In this document: in pieces, positions 1 through 8,992 of the stretch | How positions within the stretch are numbered: the first letter of the stretch is position 1 | Layout of the letters: every line of letters starts with the position of its first letter | Origin: Gemmatimonadota bacterium | GTDB taxonomy: Bacteria > Gemmatimonadota > Gemmatimonadetes > Gemmatimonadales > GWC2-71-9 | DNA: 64,000 nt | Direction: 5' to 3' | Assembly: GCA_039930765.1 (NCBI GenBank) | Contig: JBDTTF010000181.1 | Span: 29,307-93,306, forward strand | Position numbers and translations under genes: made by a program | Notes under the pieces: model-generated | Told to the model about the DNA's origin: nothing | The model's input: only the letters and a program-made list of their open reading frames with translations | Database searches by the model: none

Positions 1-912
1 GAGAATCCGGTTCATCCCGTCGGTGGCCGACCCCTGCGCCTGCTCGGCGATAAAGGCCATCGGTGAAGCCTCATACAGCAGCCGCAGCTTGCCGTTGACG
101 TTCCGCGCATCGGCCGGGTAGAGGTAGATCCCGCCGGCCACCAGGTTGCGATGGAAGTCGGCGACCAGCGAACCGATGTATCGGCTGTTCTTGCCGGCGA
201 TCTCGTCCGGCCGGTCGCCGTGGAATCCCCGCACCGCCGTCTGCATCCCTCGGTCCCAGCGGGCAAAGTTGCTCTCGTTGACACTGTAGTACTTGCCGAC
301 GCGCGGAGTGACCATTCTGGGATGGCTGAGCAGGAACTCGCCAATCGTGGGGTCGAGCGTAAAGCCCGCCACTCCCTGTCCGGTGGTATAGACCAGCATG
401 ACGCTGGACCCGTAGATCACATATCCCGCCGCCACCTGCCGGCAGCCGGGCTGCAGCACGTCGACCACGGTGCCCGGCCCCTCCGAGCTGACCCGGCGAT
501 AGATACTGAAGATCGTGCCGACCGGTCCATTGGCGTCGATATTGCTGGATCCATCGAGCGGGTCGTACAGCACCACGTACCTGCCCGGAATCTGCCCGTC
601 GGGCACGGGAATCAGCTCCTCATCCTCTTCTGACGCCATCACGCAGATCCGGCCGGTGCCCTCCAGCGACTGCTTCATCGTCTCGTTGGCAAAGATGTCC
701 AGCTTCTGCTGCTCCTCGCCCTGGATGTTGGCGGTGCCGGCGCTGCCCAGCACCCCGACCAGCCCGGCCCGCCGGATGGCGGCCGCCACGATCTTGGCCG
801 CCAGCATGATGTCGTACAGCAGGTTGGACAGTTCGCCCGTGGCATCGGGGTATTGGTCTTCCTGCTCGAGGATGAACTTCTCGATGGTGACGATGGATGT
901 GCGATTGAGCAC
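1..912 (-). CDS. fbp: Fructose-1,6-bisphosphatase class 1 (3' end runs off the window)
   Basis: My own minus-strand translation from GTG at 912 gives VLNRTSIVTIEKFILEQEDQYPDATGELSNLLYDI...VVLYDPLDGSSNIDANGPVGTIFSIY...GKLRLLYEASPMAFIAEQAQG. The frame stays open to position 1. It is absent from the ORF track because it reaches the window edge. Confidence 0.85.
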   Translation of the reverse strand, partial: MLNRTSIVTIEKFILEQEDQYPDATGELSNLLYDIMLAAKIVAAAIRRAGLVGVLGSAGTANIQGEEQQKLDIFANETMKQSLEGTGRICVMASEEDEELIPVPDGQIPGRYVVLYDPLDGSSNIDANGPVGTIFSIYRRVSSEGPGTVVDVLQPGCRQVAAGYVIYGSSVMLVYTTGQGVAGFTLDPTIGEFLLSHPRMVTPRVGKYYSVNESNFARWDRGMQTAVRGFHGDRPDEIAGKNSRYIGSLVADFHRNLVAGGIYLYPADARNVNGKLRLLYEASPMAFIAEQAQGSATDGMNRIL

Positions 913-930
913 GCAATCTCCCGGCAAGCG

Positions 931-3216
931 TCAGGAATCGGTTGAATGACAGGGCAGTCGGGTGGTGGCCCGCCGGCTGCTGATTTCGAGACCATGATCG
1001 TGGACCCGGACCGTGATCTCGCCATCCTGGTCGGTGCGCCAGACCGGGATCTGGTGCTGGGCCAGCCGGGCCAGCGTTTCCGGCGAAGGATGACCATACC
1101 GGTTGCGGGCGCCGACGCTGATCACGGCGGCAGCCGGATCGAGGGTACTGAGCCACGCCTCGCCGCTGGCACCGTGCGAACCGTGGTGCCCCACCTTGAG
1201 CAGGTCAACCGCCCCCACCCGTGCCGTCATCACTGCCTCTGCATCGAACCCGGCATCCCCGGAAAAGAGTATCCGGCAGCCGCCGAATTCGAGCCGCAGC
1301 ACCGCCGAGTCCTCATTGAGATCGAGCCCGCGATCCGGCCAGCTGGGATCGGGATGGACGATGATGAACCGAACGCTATCCACTGTCAGGGTATCGCCGT
1401 TGCGGGCCGCCCGCCAGCGACTGCCCCGCTCCGCCACCCGGTCCAGCAGGCCGAGGTAGACCGAATCGGCCACCTCGTCGCCCGGTTCGATCACGAAGCC
1501 CACCGGGTAGCTGGCCAGTACCGCAGCCGCGCCGCCGATGTGATCGAGGTGTGGATGCGACAAGACCATCGCCGCAACCGAGTGGGCACCATGCCGGGCC
1601 AGCTCGGGAACCACCACATCACGGCCGGCATCCCCGGACGGTCCCCGGGGTCCGGCATCGATCACCACCCACTGGTCTGCCGGAGTATGGATCAGCGCCG
1701 CATCACCCTGACCGACGTCGAGGAAATGTAATGTGAGCCCCTCATCGCGGGCACCGAGGCTGGTCATCCCATCCATCAGCAGGATTAGCCAGGCGGCAGC
1801 GGTCGCAATGGCCAGCCACCTGGCTCGCGACAGCGCCGGACTGACCCCGGCCCAGGTGCCCCAGATGGCCGCGGCGAGCAGCGCCAGCCATGGCACTGCC
1901 GAGACCGGCTCAGCCGGCTGCAGGATGGCAAGTCCCGGAATGGCTGCCCCGACACTGGCCAGTCCATCGAGCCCGGCGAGGCCAAGTCCGCTGCCGTCAG
2001 CCAGTGCGGCCGCGAGGGGCGGTACCACCGGTGCCACGAGGACGCTGGCCAGCACCCCGGGGAGCGCAACCGCGGCGAGGGGAATTGCCACGAGGTTGAG
2101 GATGATCCCAGCCAGGCTGACCATTCCGAGGACCGCGGCGGTGAGCGGTGCCGTGGCGAGCGTGGCGCCCACCGATCCAGCCACGACCCGAATCAGCGGC
2201 TGCTCCGCCAGGGCACTATCGCTCCAGCGCACCGCCCGTGACGCGCCCCAGAGCGAAAGAAATGACAGCCACGCCCCGAGGCTGGTGATGCACCAGGGAT
2301 CCAGGGCCAGCAGCACCAGTGCAGTGAAGGCCAGCAGTGAATCGGAATCGATCCGACGCTGGCGGAATCGCTCGAGTGCCAGGACCAGCACCAGCAGCGC
2401 TGCCCGTGCGGCTGGTGGTGGCCAACCGAGGAAGGCCACGTAGGCCGCCGCCACCACGGCCGCCGCCATCGGTACCTTCGCGATCGAACCGGGAGGTCCG
2501 TACCGCACTGCCAGCGGGCGGCCGAGCAGCAGCACCCATGCCGCGATCAGTCCGACGTGGAACCCGCTGATCGACAACAGGTGCACCAGTCCCGAACGGG
2601 CATACCGCTGCCGCACTTCGGGCGACATCGAGGCCCGGTGGTTCAGGATCAGGGCTTCGACCACCCCGGCCCGCGAGCCATACAGCGACCGAATCCGTCG
2701 GGTGATGGCGGTGCGCAGCCGGTCGGATAGTCCGGGCATGCCGCCCGCCGGCCTGACCGTCTCCACCAGCAATATTCCGCTCGGCGGGCCCAGCGCCACC
2801 GTGTCCGGAATCCACCGACCCCGAGCCCTGGCATCACGTCCGACCGTGAGCGTCGTGTCGCCGGCGGGCCACCTGGCCAATATGGAACCCTGGCACTCTC
2901 CGCCCACCGGGCTGACCTCCAGCAGCCCCCCGCGCCAATCCGGCAGCTCGTTCAGTCGCACCGTGAGGTCGATCTGGCCGCCAGGCAGCAGCGCCGCACA
3001 GCTGTTCTCCGATTCGGCCAGTGCGGTGAGCGCGGCCAGCCGGCCGAGCAGTGCAATGAGCAGTACCGCTCCCGCAGTGGGCCAGCGGTGCCAGCTACCC
3101 AGTACCGCGAGGCCGAGCACCACCAGCGCGAGTCGTGGATCCCCAAAACGCGAGAGGCCGGTCAATAGACCGGCCCCAAAAGCCAACAGGATGACTGGAG
3201 TGGGCCGCCGGATCAC
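931..3216 (-). CDS. comEC: DNA internalization competence protein ComEC/Rec2
   Basis: 761-aa ORF with a polytopic membrane core followed by a C-terminal metallo-beta-lactamase domain (LSHPHLDHIGG ... VGHHGSHGAS). This is the typical ComEC domain order. Confidence 0.85.
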   Translation of the reverse strand: MIRRPTPVILLAFGAGLLTGLSRFGDPRLALVVLGLAVLGSWHRWPTAGAVLLIALLGRLAALTALAESENSCAALLPGGQIDLTVRLNELPDWRGGLLEVSPVGGECQGSILARWPAGDTTLTVGRDARARGRWIPDTVALGPPSGILLVETVRPAGGMPGLSDRLRTAITRRIRSLYGSRAGVVEALILNHRASMSPEVRQRYARSGLVHLLSISGFHVGLIAAWVLLLGRPLAVRYGPPGSIAKVPMAAAVVAAAYVAFLGWPPPAARAALLVLVLALERFRQRRIDSDSLLAFTALVLLALDPWCITSLGAWLSFLSLWGASRAVRWSDSALAEQPLIRVVAGSVGATLATAPLTAAVLGMVSLAGIILNLVAIPLAAVALPGVLASVLVAPVVPPLAAALADGSGLGLAGLDGLASVGAAIPGLAILQPAEPVSAVPWLALLAAAIWGTWAGVSPALSRARWLAIATAAAWLILLMDGMTSLGARDEGLTLHFLDVGQGDAALIHTPADQWVVIDAGPRGPSGDAGRDVVVPELARHGAHSVAAMVLSHPHLDHIGGAAAVLASYPVGFVIEPGDEVADSVYLGLLDRVAERGSRWRAARNGDTLTVDSVRFIIVHPDPSWPDRGLDLNEDSAVLRLEFGGCRILFSGDAGFDAEAVMTARVGAVDLLKVGHHGSHGASGEAWLSTLDPAAAVISVGARNRYGHPSPETLARLAQHQIPVWRTDQDGEITVRVHDHGLEISSRRATTRLPCHSTDS

Positions 3217-3235
3217 CGGCAGCCCTGAGGCGGCA

Positions 3236-3514
3236 TCACTTCGGACTCAGCGGACCATGTCTGGGCGCCAGCCCGATCTTCCTCAGCCCGTCGATGACCA
3301 CGACTTCGATCTGCGAGCGCCACTGGTCCTTCTCCAGATTGACCTCCGTCACGACCGTGCCCTCGTTGCCCGAGACATACTTGGGCGGCAGCCGGTTCAG
3401 GGCATAGACCAGGACGTCGGTCTGACAGAGATCGCAGCCGCAGACCTCCGGATAACGAGGCAGCAGCTGCTCGTAAGCCTGGGAGACATGCTGCTCCACC
3501 AGATTCTTGACCAT
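3236..3514 (-). CDS. comFB: ComFB-family late competence protein
   Basis: 92 aa with the ComFB pattern CGCDLCQTDVLVYALNRLPPKY. The start ATG overlaps the miaB stop (ATGA at 3512-3516), and the gene lies directly upstream of comEC. Confidence 0.7.
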   Translation of the reverse strand: MVKNLVEQHVSQAYEQLLPRYPEVCGCDLCQTDVLVYALNRLPPKYVSGNEGTVVTEVNLEKDQWRSQIEVVVIDGLRKIGLAPRHGPLSPK

Positions 3515-4824
3515 CAGAGCACCGCCAGCTGGGGACGCACCACCGAGCCCGTGAAGGTCGAGCCCGTCGTGCCGGTAAGCACCACCTGATGATACTCACC
3601 GATCTGGTCCGGCGGCAGGTCGAGCAGGACCATAAGATTTCCCCGGGTACGGCCGAGCAGCAGATCGCCGCGCCGCGCGGGACGCTCGACCAGCACCTCA
3701 TGTGACGACCCCACCCTGGCCAGATTCCGCTGGGTCCCCTGTCGCCGCATTGCCTCGATGAGCCGCCCCAGCCGTTCGGCGGCGATTTCTTCTGGCACGT
3801 GGTGCGGGATCCGTTCGGCCGGAGTTCCTTCGCGGACCGAGTACTTGAAGGTGAAGGCGGCATCGAACCCGGCGGCGGACACCAGCGAACAGGTCTCGCT
3901 GAAATCGGTCTCGGACTCGCCGGGGAATCCGACGATGATGTCAGTCGAAAGTGTGATGGCGGGAATGGCCGCCCGCAGCCGGGCCACGACTTCGAGGTAG
4001 CCTTCACGGGTGTAGCGCCGCAGCATCCGGCGGAGCACCGCAGTGGAGCCACTCTGGGCCGGCAGGTGCACGTGCTCGCAGACCTCGGGGGTCGTGGCCA
4101 TGGCCTCGACCACCCGGTCGGTGAAATCGGTGGGATAGGGACTGGTAAACCGGACCCGGCGGATGCCGTCGACGGCGCCAACCGCGCGGAGCAGGTCGGC
4201 AAAATCGTGGGTTCCGTCAGTATAGCTGTTGACCGTCTGCCCAAGCAGCGTCACCTCCGAGGTGCCCTGGGCGGCGAGCATCGCCACCTCCCGCACCACA
4301 TCCTCCAGTGTACGGCTGCGCTCGGCGCCCCGCGTATACGGAACTATGCAGAAGGTGCACTTATAATCGCAGCCACGCTGGACCGTGACGAACTGGGTGA
4401 CGCCCGGCTGGCGGACCGGCGGCACATCCTCGTAGTGCTCCCACGAGCGAAATCCGGTCTCACTGACCCGGTCACCGCCCTGGGCCTGGCAGACCAGTTC
4501 ATCGAGGTTGCGATAGGCATCGGGTCCGACCACGAGGTCGACGCGAGGCACCTGTTCGAGCAGCCGGGGTCCGAGGCGCTGGGCCATGCAGCCGACCACG
4601 CCCAGGATATCACCGGGGCGCTTGTGCCGCTGCAGCTCGCCCATCCGGCCGATGACCCGCTGCTCGGCGTTGTCGCGGACGGCACAGGTGTTGAGCAGCA
4701 TGACATCCGCCTCGGCCGGATCCTCGGTCCTGACGTAGCCGGCGCGGACCATGACCCCGAGCATCAACTCGGAGTCGGCCACATTCATCTGGCAGCCGTA
4801 GGTCTCAAGGTAGATCCGCTTCAT
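3514..4824 (-). CDS. miaB: tRNA-2-methylthio-N6-dimethylallyladenosine synthase
   Basis: 436 aa. It has the N-terminal MTTase motif YLETYGCQMN, the radical-SAM motif CDYKCTFCIVP and a C-terminal TRAM-like region. Confidence 0.9.
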   Translation of the reverse strand: MKRIYLETYGCQMNVADSELMLGVMVRAGYVRTEDPAEADVMLLNTCAVRDNAEQRVIGRMGELQRHKRPGDILGVVGCMAQRLGPRLLEQVPRVDLVVGPDAYRNLDELVCQAQGGDRVSETGFRSWEHYEDVPPVRQPGVTQFVTVQRGCDYKCTFCIVPYTRGAERSRTLEDVVREVAMLAAQGTSEVTLLGQTVNSYTDGTHDFADLLRAVGAVDGIRRVRFTSPYPTDFTDRVVEAMATTPEVCEHVHLPAQSGSTAVLRRMLRRYTREGYLEVVARLRAAIPAITLSTDIIVGFPGESETDFSETCSLVSAAGFDAAFTFKYSVREGTPAERIPHHVPEEIAAERLGRLIEAMRRQGTQRNLARVGSSHEVLVERPARRGDLLLGRTRGNLMVLLDLPPDQIGEYHQVVLTGTTGSTFTGSVVRPQLAVL

Positions 4825-4831
4825 CGGTCGA

Positions 4832-5968
4832 TCAGGGACGGAGCATGACCTGGAGGCTCACGATCGTCGCCCGCTCCTTGCGGCCGGCGTTGTCCGACCG
4901 GAACACCTCTTCCAGCGACGCCTCGATGGCGCCGCGGCCGCGGGCAAAGCGGATCCCGGTGCCGGCGGAGAATCCCAACTCATCGGGGTAATCGCCCTGG
5001 TCCAGCGAGAAAGGCAGCCGCGAGTAATGCAGGCCCAGCCGCAGTGGCAGCTGATCGCCCGATTTGTGGGTCTTATATTCCACACCAGTGGAGAGGTCGA
5101 ACGAGTTACGCGACCCGGGCACGCCCATCCTGAGCAGATCGCTGTTGGCCCCCGACCAGGTCCGATAGACCCCCTGCACCGCCAGCTGGATCTTGGGACT
5201 GGGCCGCAGCAGCGCCGCGGCACTGAAGGTGTACGGCAGATCAATGCGAGTCACGGCCAGCGAATCGACCTGCTGCTTGGCCTCGCCGTCACTGCGGACC
5301 GAGGCCGCCAGCAGCAGCGTGCTCCCGACCCGTCGGATCACTCCGATATCCACACCGAAGGAGTTATAGGAAAGCTCCGAGCGGTAGGAGATCGATTGAA
5401 AACTGGTGTCGGGGAAGGCCCGCCGCACCCGGACCCGGTTGGACCCCGGCAGCAAATGGAGCCCGACGGCAATCACCCACTCGGGCGAGGGACGCCAGGC
5501 CACCACTCCACGGATATCCGAAATACCGCCGGTCGCGCCGACCGAGTCGAACACCGCGACTCGCTGTCCTCCCAAGGTCACCGTGTCAGTCCGAAAGGCA
5601 TCGTAGTCTCGATCGGCGTAGCTGCTGAAGCCGATGCCCACCACCAGCTTGGATTTCCGGATCGGGCCGCCGACCAAGAACGAGGGAAAGCGCGAGTCGC
5701 GGAGGGAGGCATCGCCATCGGGGCTCTGCCACGACCGCCACTCGCCCAGCACACTGAAGGTCGCGGTCAGGCCGCCCAGCGAGGAGATCGACGCGGGGTT
5801 GAGCGTCGAGGTCCCGTCGAACGAGGCAAAGCTTCCGCCGGTCCCCAGCGCGGTGACGCTGGCGCCCCGGTACGGATGGCCGAGGTCGAGAATGCCGAAC
5901 TGTGATGATTGGGCCAGGGCCGAGGCCGGCGCCGTGAACAACAGCAGAAGGCAGAGGAGCCGTCGCAC
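4832..5968 (-). CDS. Putative outer-membrane beta-barrel protein, unknown function
   Basis: 378 aa with signal peptide MRRLLCLLLLFTAPASALA-QS and a Gly/Ser/aromatic-rich alternating pattern. The start overlaps the stop of the upstream lipoprotein gene by 1 nt. I recognise no family. Confidence 0.5.
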   Translation of the reverse strand: MRRLLCLLLLFTAPASALAQSSQFGILDLGHPYRGASVTALGTGGSFASFDGTSTLNPASISSLGGLTATFSVLGEWRSWQSPDGDASLRDSRFPSFLVGGPIRKSKLVVGIGFSSYADRDYDAFRTDTVTLGGQRVAVFDSVGATGGISDIRGVVAWRPSPEWVIAVGLHLLPGSNRVRVRRAFPDTSFQSISYRSELSYNSFGVDIGVIRRVGSTLLLAASVRSDGEAKQQVDSLAVTRIDLPYTFSAAALLRPSPKIQLAVQGVYRTWSGANSDLLRMGVPGSRNSFDLSTGVEYKTHKSGDQLPLRLGLHYSRLPFSLDQGDYPDELGFSAGTGIRFARGRGAIEASLEEVFRSDNAGRKERATIVSLQVMLRP

Positions 5969-7179
5969 TAGGGCCTCGAGAAGATGTAGGGCAGCGAATA
6001 GGTCACGATCAGCCTGGGCTCGAACCCCGGAGTCCGAGTGGACCCGAAGATTGGCTGGGCAAAGCTGCCGCCCTCCTCATTGAGTGACACTACCAGGATG
6101 TGCGGCAGATCGATGGTGCCGCCCCAGGATCGGACCAGGGTGGTGACCGGCAGCGAGACGGTATCCGAGGTACCAAAGTTGAGTGAGTCGCTGAGCACGA
6201 GAATGCTGCTGACCGGTGACTTCCGCCCCAGGTCGGTCAGCGCATTCCGGGCCGCTACCCTGGCACTGACATGAGGCAGCCCGTTGATCGGGGCGATGGG
6301 AATCAGGATAAGCTTGGCCTTGACCACCGTCCCGGTGTCGGTGATCCGCTTGGGCAGTTCGAACCGGAAGATGGCGCGCGAGGAGGGAATGCCGCCGAGC
6401 GTGATATGGTCGTTGTCCGGCACCACTGGAGCGGCCGCCCGTGTCCCGGTGAGAAATCCTGCCCGGCTCATGATCTGGTGCTGCACCAGCGTGTCGGCGG
6501 TATCGGCCGTGACGAACGAGGCCCACAGCGGTGAATTGGCGGCCAGACCGCCGGAGAGGATCACCCCGGTGGCCGAGGGGCCACCAAGCCTGAGCCCAAT
6601 CGACAGCTTGCCCGAGTCGGCAACCGGAATCTGCAATCGGGCCAGGTCCGGGCCGGTCAGCACAGTCTGCAGGATGCCGCTGTGCACGCTATCGGGAATC
6701 GGAATGCTGGCCAGCAGCTTGGTTGGATCGGTGACGCCGGCCTGGATTTCCGGGTACTCGACGGTGGAATCAACCGTCGGGGCCAGCTGATACAGGTAGA
6801 GCGTATCGCCGAGGGCCAGGGTGTCCCGGACCACCAGATTGAACCGGAAGGCGACGGAGTCGACCGTATACGCCAGAGTATCGGTCGTGGTATCAGAGCC
6901 GAGCACGATGAAAGTCGCCCGGGGGACGAACCGTACGTAGGCCCGGTCATCGGCCGCCGGCAGTCCGTTGGAGACCAGGATGGTGAGTTCGTGATCCCGC
7001 AGGATGTAGCCGGCAAAGCTGCTGTCGGCGCCATCCAGCGGGGCGATGGTGTCCTGCACCAGCTGCGGGGCCGCGAGGCAGGGTTCCTTGCATGGGGCGG
7101 GGGCCGCCAGCCGCTCGGAACAGGCGCCGACCACCAGCGCCACCAGTCCGACCAGCGCAAATCCATTCCTTCCCTTCAT
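5968..7179 (-). CDS. Putative lipoprotein, unknown function
   Basis: The track ORF is 5968-7323. I trimmed it to ATG 7179 (MKGRNGFALVGLVALVVGAC, a lipobox-like signal). This ATG overlaps the cdd stop (ATGA at 7177-7181). Confidence 0.5.
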   Translation of the reverse strand: MKGRNGFALVGLVALVVGACSERLAAPAPCKEPCLAAPQLVQDTIAPLDGADSSFAGYILRDHELTILVSNGLPAADDRAYVRFVPRATFIVLGSDTTTDTLAYTVDSVAFRFNLVVRDTLALGDTLYLYQLAPTVDSTVEYPEIQAGVTDPTKLLASIPIPDSVHSGILQTVLTGPDLARLQIPVADSGKLSIGLRLGGPSATGVILSGGLAANSPLWASFVTADTADTLVQHQIMSRAGFLTGTRAAAPVVPDNDHITLGGIPSSRAIFRFELPKRITDTGTVVKAKLILIPIAPINGLPHVSARVAARNALTDLGRKSPVSSILVLSDSLNFGTSDTVSLPVTTLVRSWGGTIDLPHILVVSLNEEGGSFAQPIFGSTRTPGFEPRLIVTYSLPYIFSRP

Positions 7180-7574
7180 CACGAACCTTTCGTCGTTGCG
7201 TCGAAGCGGAACGGTGCTGGCAACAACTCGGCCAGCGTCCAGCGTCGCTCTTCCATGCGGCCAAGCGCCCGAACTTCGAGATCGGGCCCGAATTCCATCA
7301 GTACCTGCCGGCAAGCGCCGCACGGTGGCGCCGGCGGATCCTGCTCGGTCACGATCACCAGACGAACAAACCGCCTGGCTCCTTCCGCCACCCCGGCCGC
7401 AACCGCATTACGCTCGGCGCAAACGGTCAGGCCGTACGAGGCATTTTCCACGTTGCAGCCGAAAAACCGCCGGCCATCATCGGTCTCGATCGCGGCGCCG
7501 ACCCGGAACCCGGAATACGGGGCGTGGGCATGCGCCAGCGCGGTGCGGGCCAGCCGTTCGAGCGGATCAGCCAT
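7179..7574 (-). CDS. cdd: Cytidine deaminase
   Basis: Trimmed to ATG 7574 (MADPLERL...). It carries the zinc motifs CAERNA and PCGACRQ of the cytidine deaminase family and overlaps the deoB 3' end by 8 nt. Confidence 0.85.
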   Translation of the reverse strand: MADPLERLARTALAHAHAPYSGFRVGAAIETDDGRRFFGCNVENASYGLTVCAERNAVAAGVAEGARRFVRLVIVTEQDPPAPPCGACRQVLMEFGPDLEVRALGRMEERRWTLAELLPAPFRFDATTKGS

Positions 7575-8733
7575 GGAGCAGCGCATCCAGGAAGGACGTT
7601 CCGCTGGCCAGCGGGGCCACGCCGAGGAACTCCGCCACCGTCTGTCCCACATCGGCGAAGCTGCGCCGGACCCCCAACGGTACGGGGTGGAGCTGGGGTC
7701 CCACCGCCAGGACCGGCACTCGCTCACGCGAATGATCGGTCGACGGAGTAGTGGGATCATTGCCGTGATCGGCGGTAAAGATAACGAGATCCTCGGACCG
7801 CATTGTGGCCAGAATTTCCGGGACGGCCTCATCCAGTTGGGCCAGACCCCGCCGGAATCCGGCCACGTCGTTGCGGTGGCCCCAGCTCTGGTCGAACTCG
7901 ATCACATTGGCCAGCAGCAAGCCATCAGGCATCGACGTCAGCGCCGAGATGATCTCGGTGTAGGCCTCAGGATTGGTCGGGGCATGCCGGCTGCTGATGT
8001 TCCGTGCGGCAAACAGGTCGTCGACCTTCCCCACCCCACGAGTGCCCAGTCCCGCTTCGGCCAGCCGGTCGAGCAGCGTTACGCCGGGCGGCGGGAGACT
8101 CAGGTCCCGCCGGTTTCCGGTGCGCCAGAATGACCCCGGACTTCCGACAAACGGCCGGGCAATCACCCGGGCCACCGCCAGCGGACCAGCGAGCAGTTCC
8201 CGGGCGGTGACACAGGCCGCGTACAGCTCCTCGAGCGGCACCTTTTCTTCATGGGCCGCAACCTGGAAGACGCTGTCGGCCGAGGTGTAGACGATCCAGT
8301 CGCCGGTGGCGAGATGCCGAGTGCCGAATCGTTCGATGATCTCGGTGCCTGATGCGGCGATGTTGCCCAGAATTCCGCGGCCGGTCTGCTGGCGGAAGGC
8401 CTCGATCAGGCCGGATGGAAATCCATGGGGAAACACCGGAAAGGCCCGCTCGATCACCACGCCGCAGAGTTCCCAGTGGCCGGTGGTGCTGTCCTTTCCG
8501 GGGCTCACTGGCTCGGCGACGCCGTAGGCGGCCGCCGGCCGATCGACCGCGGCGATTCCAGGCAGTGTGGCGCAGCACCCCAGCCCCAGCCATTCGAGGT
8601 TCGGCAGCCGAAGCGGCTCCCCCGCCCGCGCGACGTTGCCCAGCGTATCGCTGCCGCTGTCCCCGTAGCTCGCCTGGTCGTGCGCTGGCCCGATGCCCAG
8701 GCCATCGAGGACAATGATCGCCGCGCGCCGCAC
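7567..8733 (-). CDS. deoB: Phosphopentomutase
   Basis: 388 aa with N-terminus RRAAIIVLDGLGIG and the metal-binding region FTADHGNDPT, both typical of DeoB. Confidence 0.9.
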   Translation of the reverse strand: MRRAAIIVLDGLGIGPAHDQASYGDSGSDTLGNVARAGEPLRLPNLEWLGLGCCATLPGIAAVDRPAAAYGVAEPVSPGKDSTTGHWELCGVVIERAFPVFPHGFPSGLIEAFRQQTGRGILGNIAASGTEIIERFGTRHLATGDWIVYTSADSVFQVAAHEEKVPLEELYAACVTARELLAGPLAVARVIARPFVGSPGSFWRTGNRRDLSLPPPGVTLLDRLAEAGLGTRGVGKVDDLFAARNISSRHAPTNPEAYTEIISALTSMPDGLLLANVIEFDQSWGHRNDVAGFRRGLAQLDEAVPEILATMRSEDLVIFTADHGNDPTTPSTDHSRERVPVLAVGPQLHPVPLGVRRSFADVGQTVAEFLGVAPLASGTSFLDALLHG

Positions 8734-8737
8734 CGGA

Positions 8738-8992
8738 TCAGGCGCGAGGGGTGGTCTGCACGAACCGGAATCGCAAGGCGGTCAGCGCTTCGGTCAGCAA
8801 CCGCAGCTCATCGGCGTCGAGATTGCCCTTGGTTTTCAGTTCCAGCATGGCCAGGGTGTCGATCATGGCCTGCGCCATCTGGCGCGCATCGGCGCCCTTG
8901 ATCTGCTCGGCGCCGGGCGGCAGCTGGCCGTTGAGCGCCTGTTCCGACTGCTGGGCCAGGCCCAGGACCAGTGAGGCAAAGTGATTGTTCAT
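8738..8992 (-). CDS. DUF1844-like small protein
   Basis: Trimmed to ATG 8992 (MNNHFASLVLGLAQQ...IDTLAMLELKTKGNLDADE...). The KTKGNL core resembles DUF1844. The start overlaps the alr stop (ATGA). Confidence 0.55.
   Translation of the reverse strand: MNNHFASLVLGLAQQSEQALNGQLPPGAEQIKGADARQMAQAMIDTLAMLELKTKGNLDADELRLLTEALTALRFRFVQTTPRA

Noticed and set aside
6682-8133. 483-aa plus-strand ORF spanning the lipoprotein, cdd and deoB genes
   Set aside because: It is antisense to three genes with clear family motifs, and its translation is Arg/Gly/Pro-rich with no motifs. This is a typical shadow ORF of high-GC DNA.
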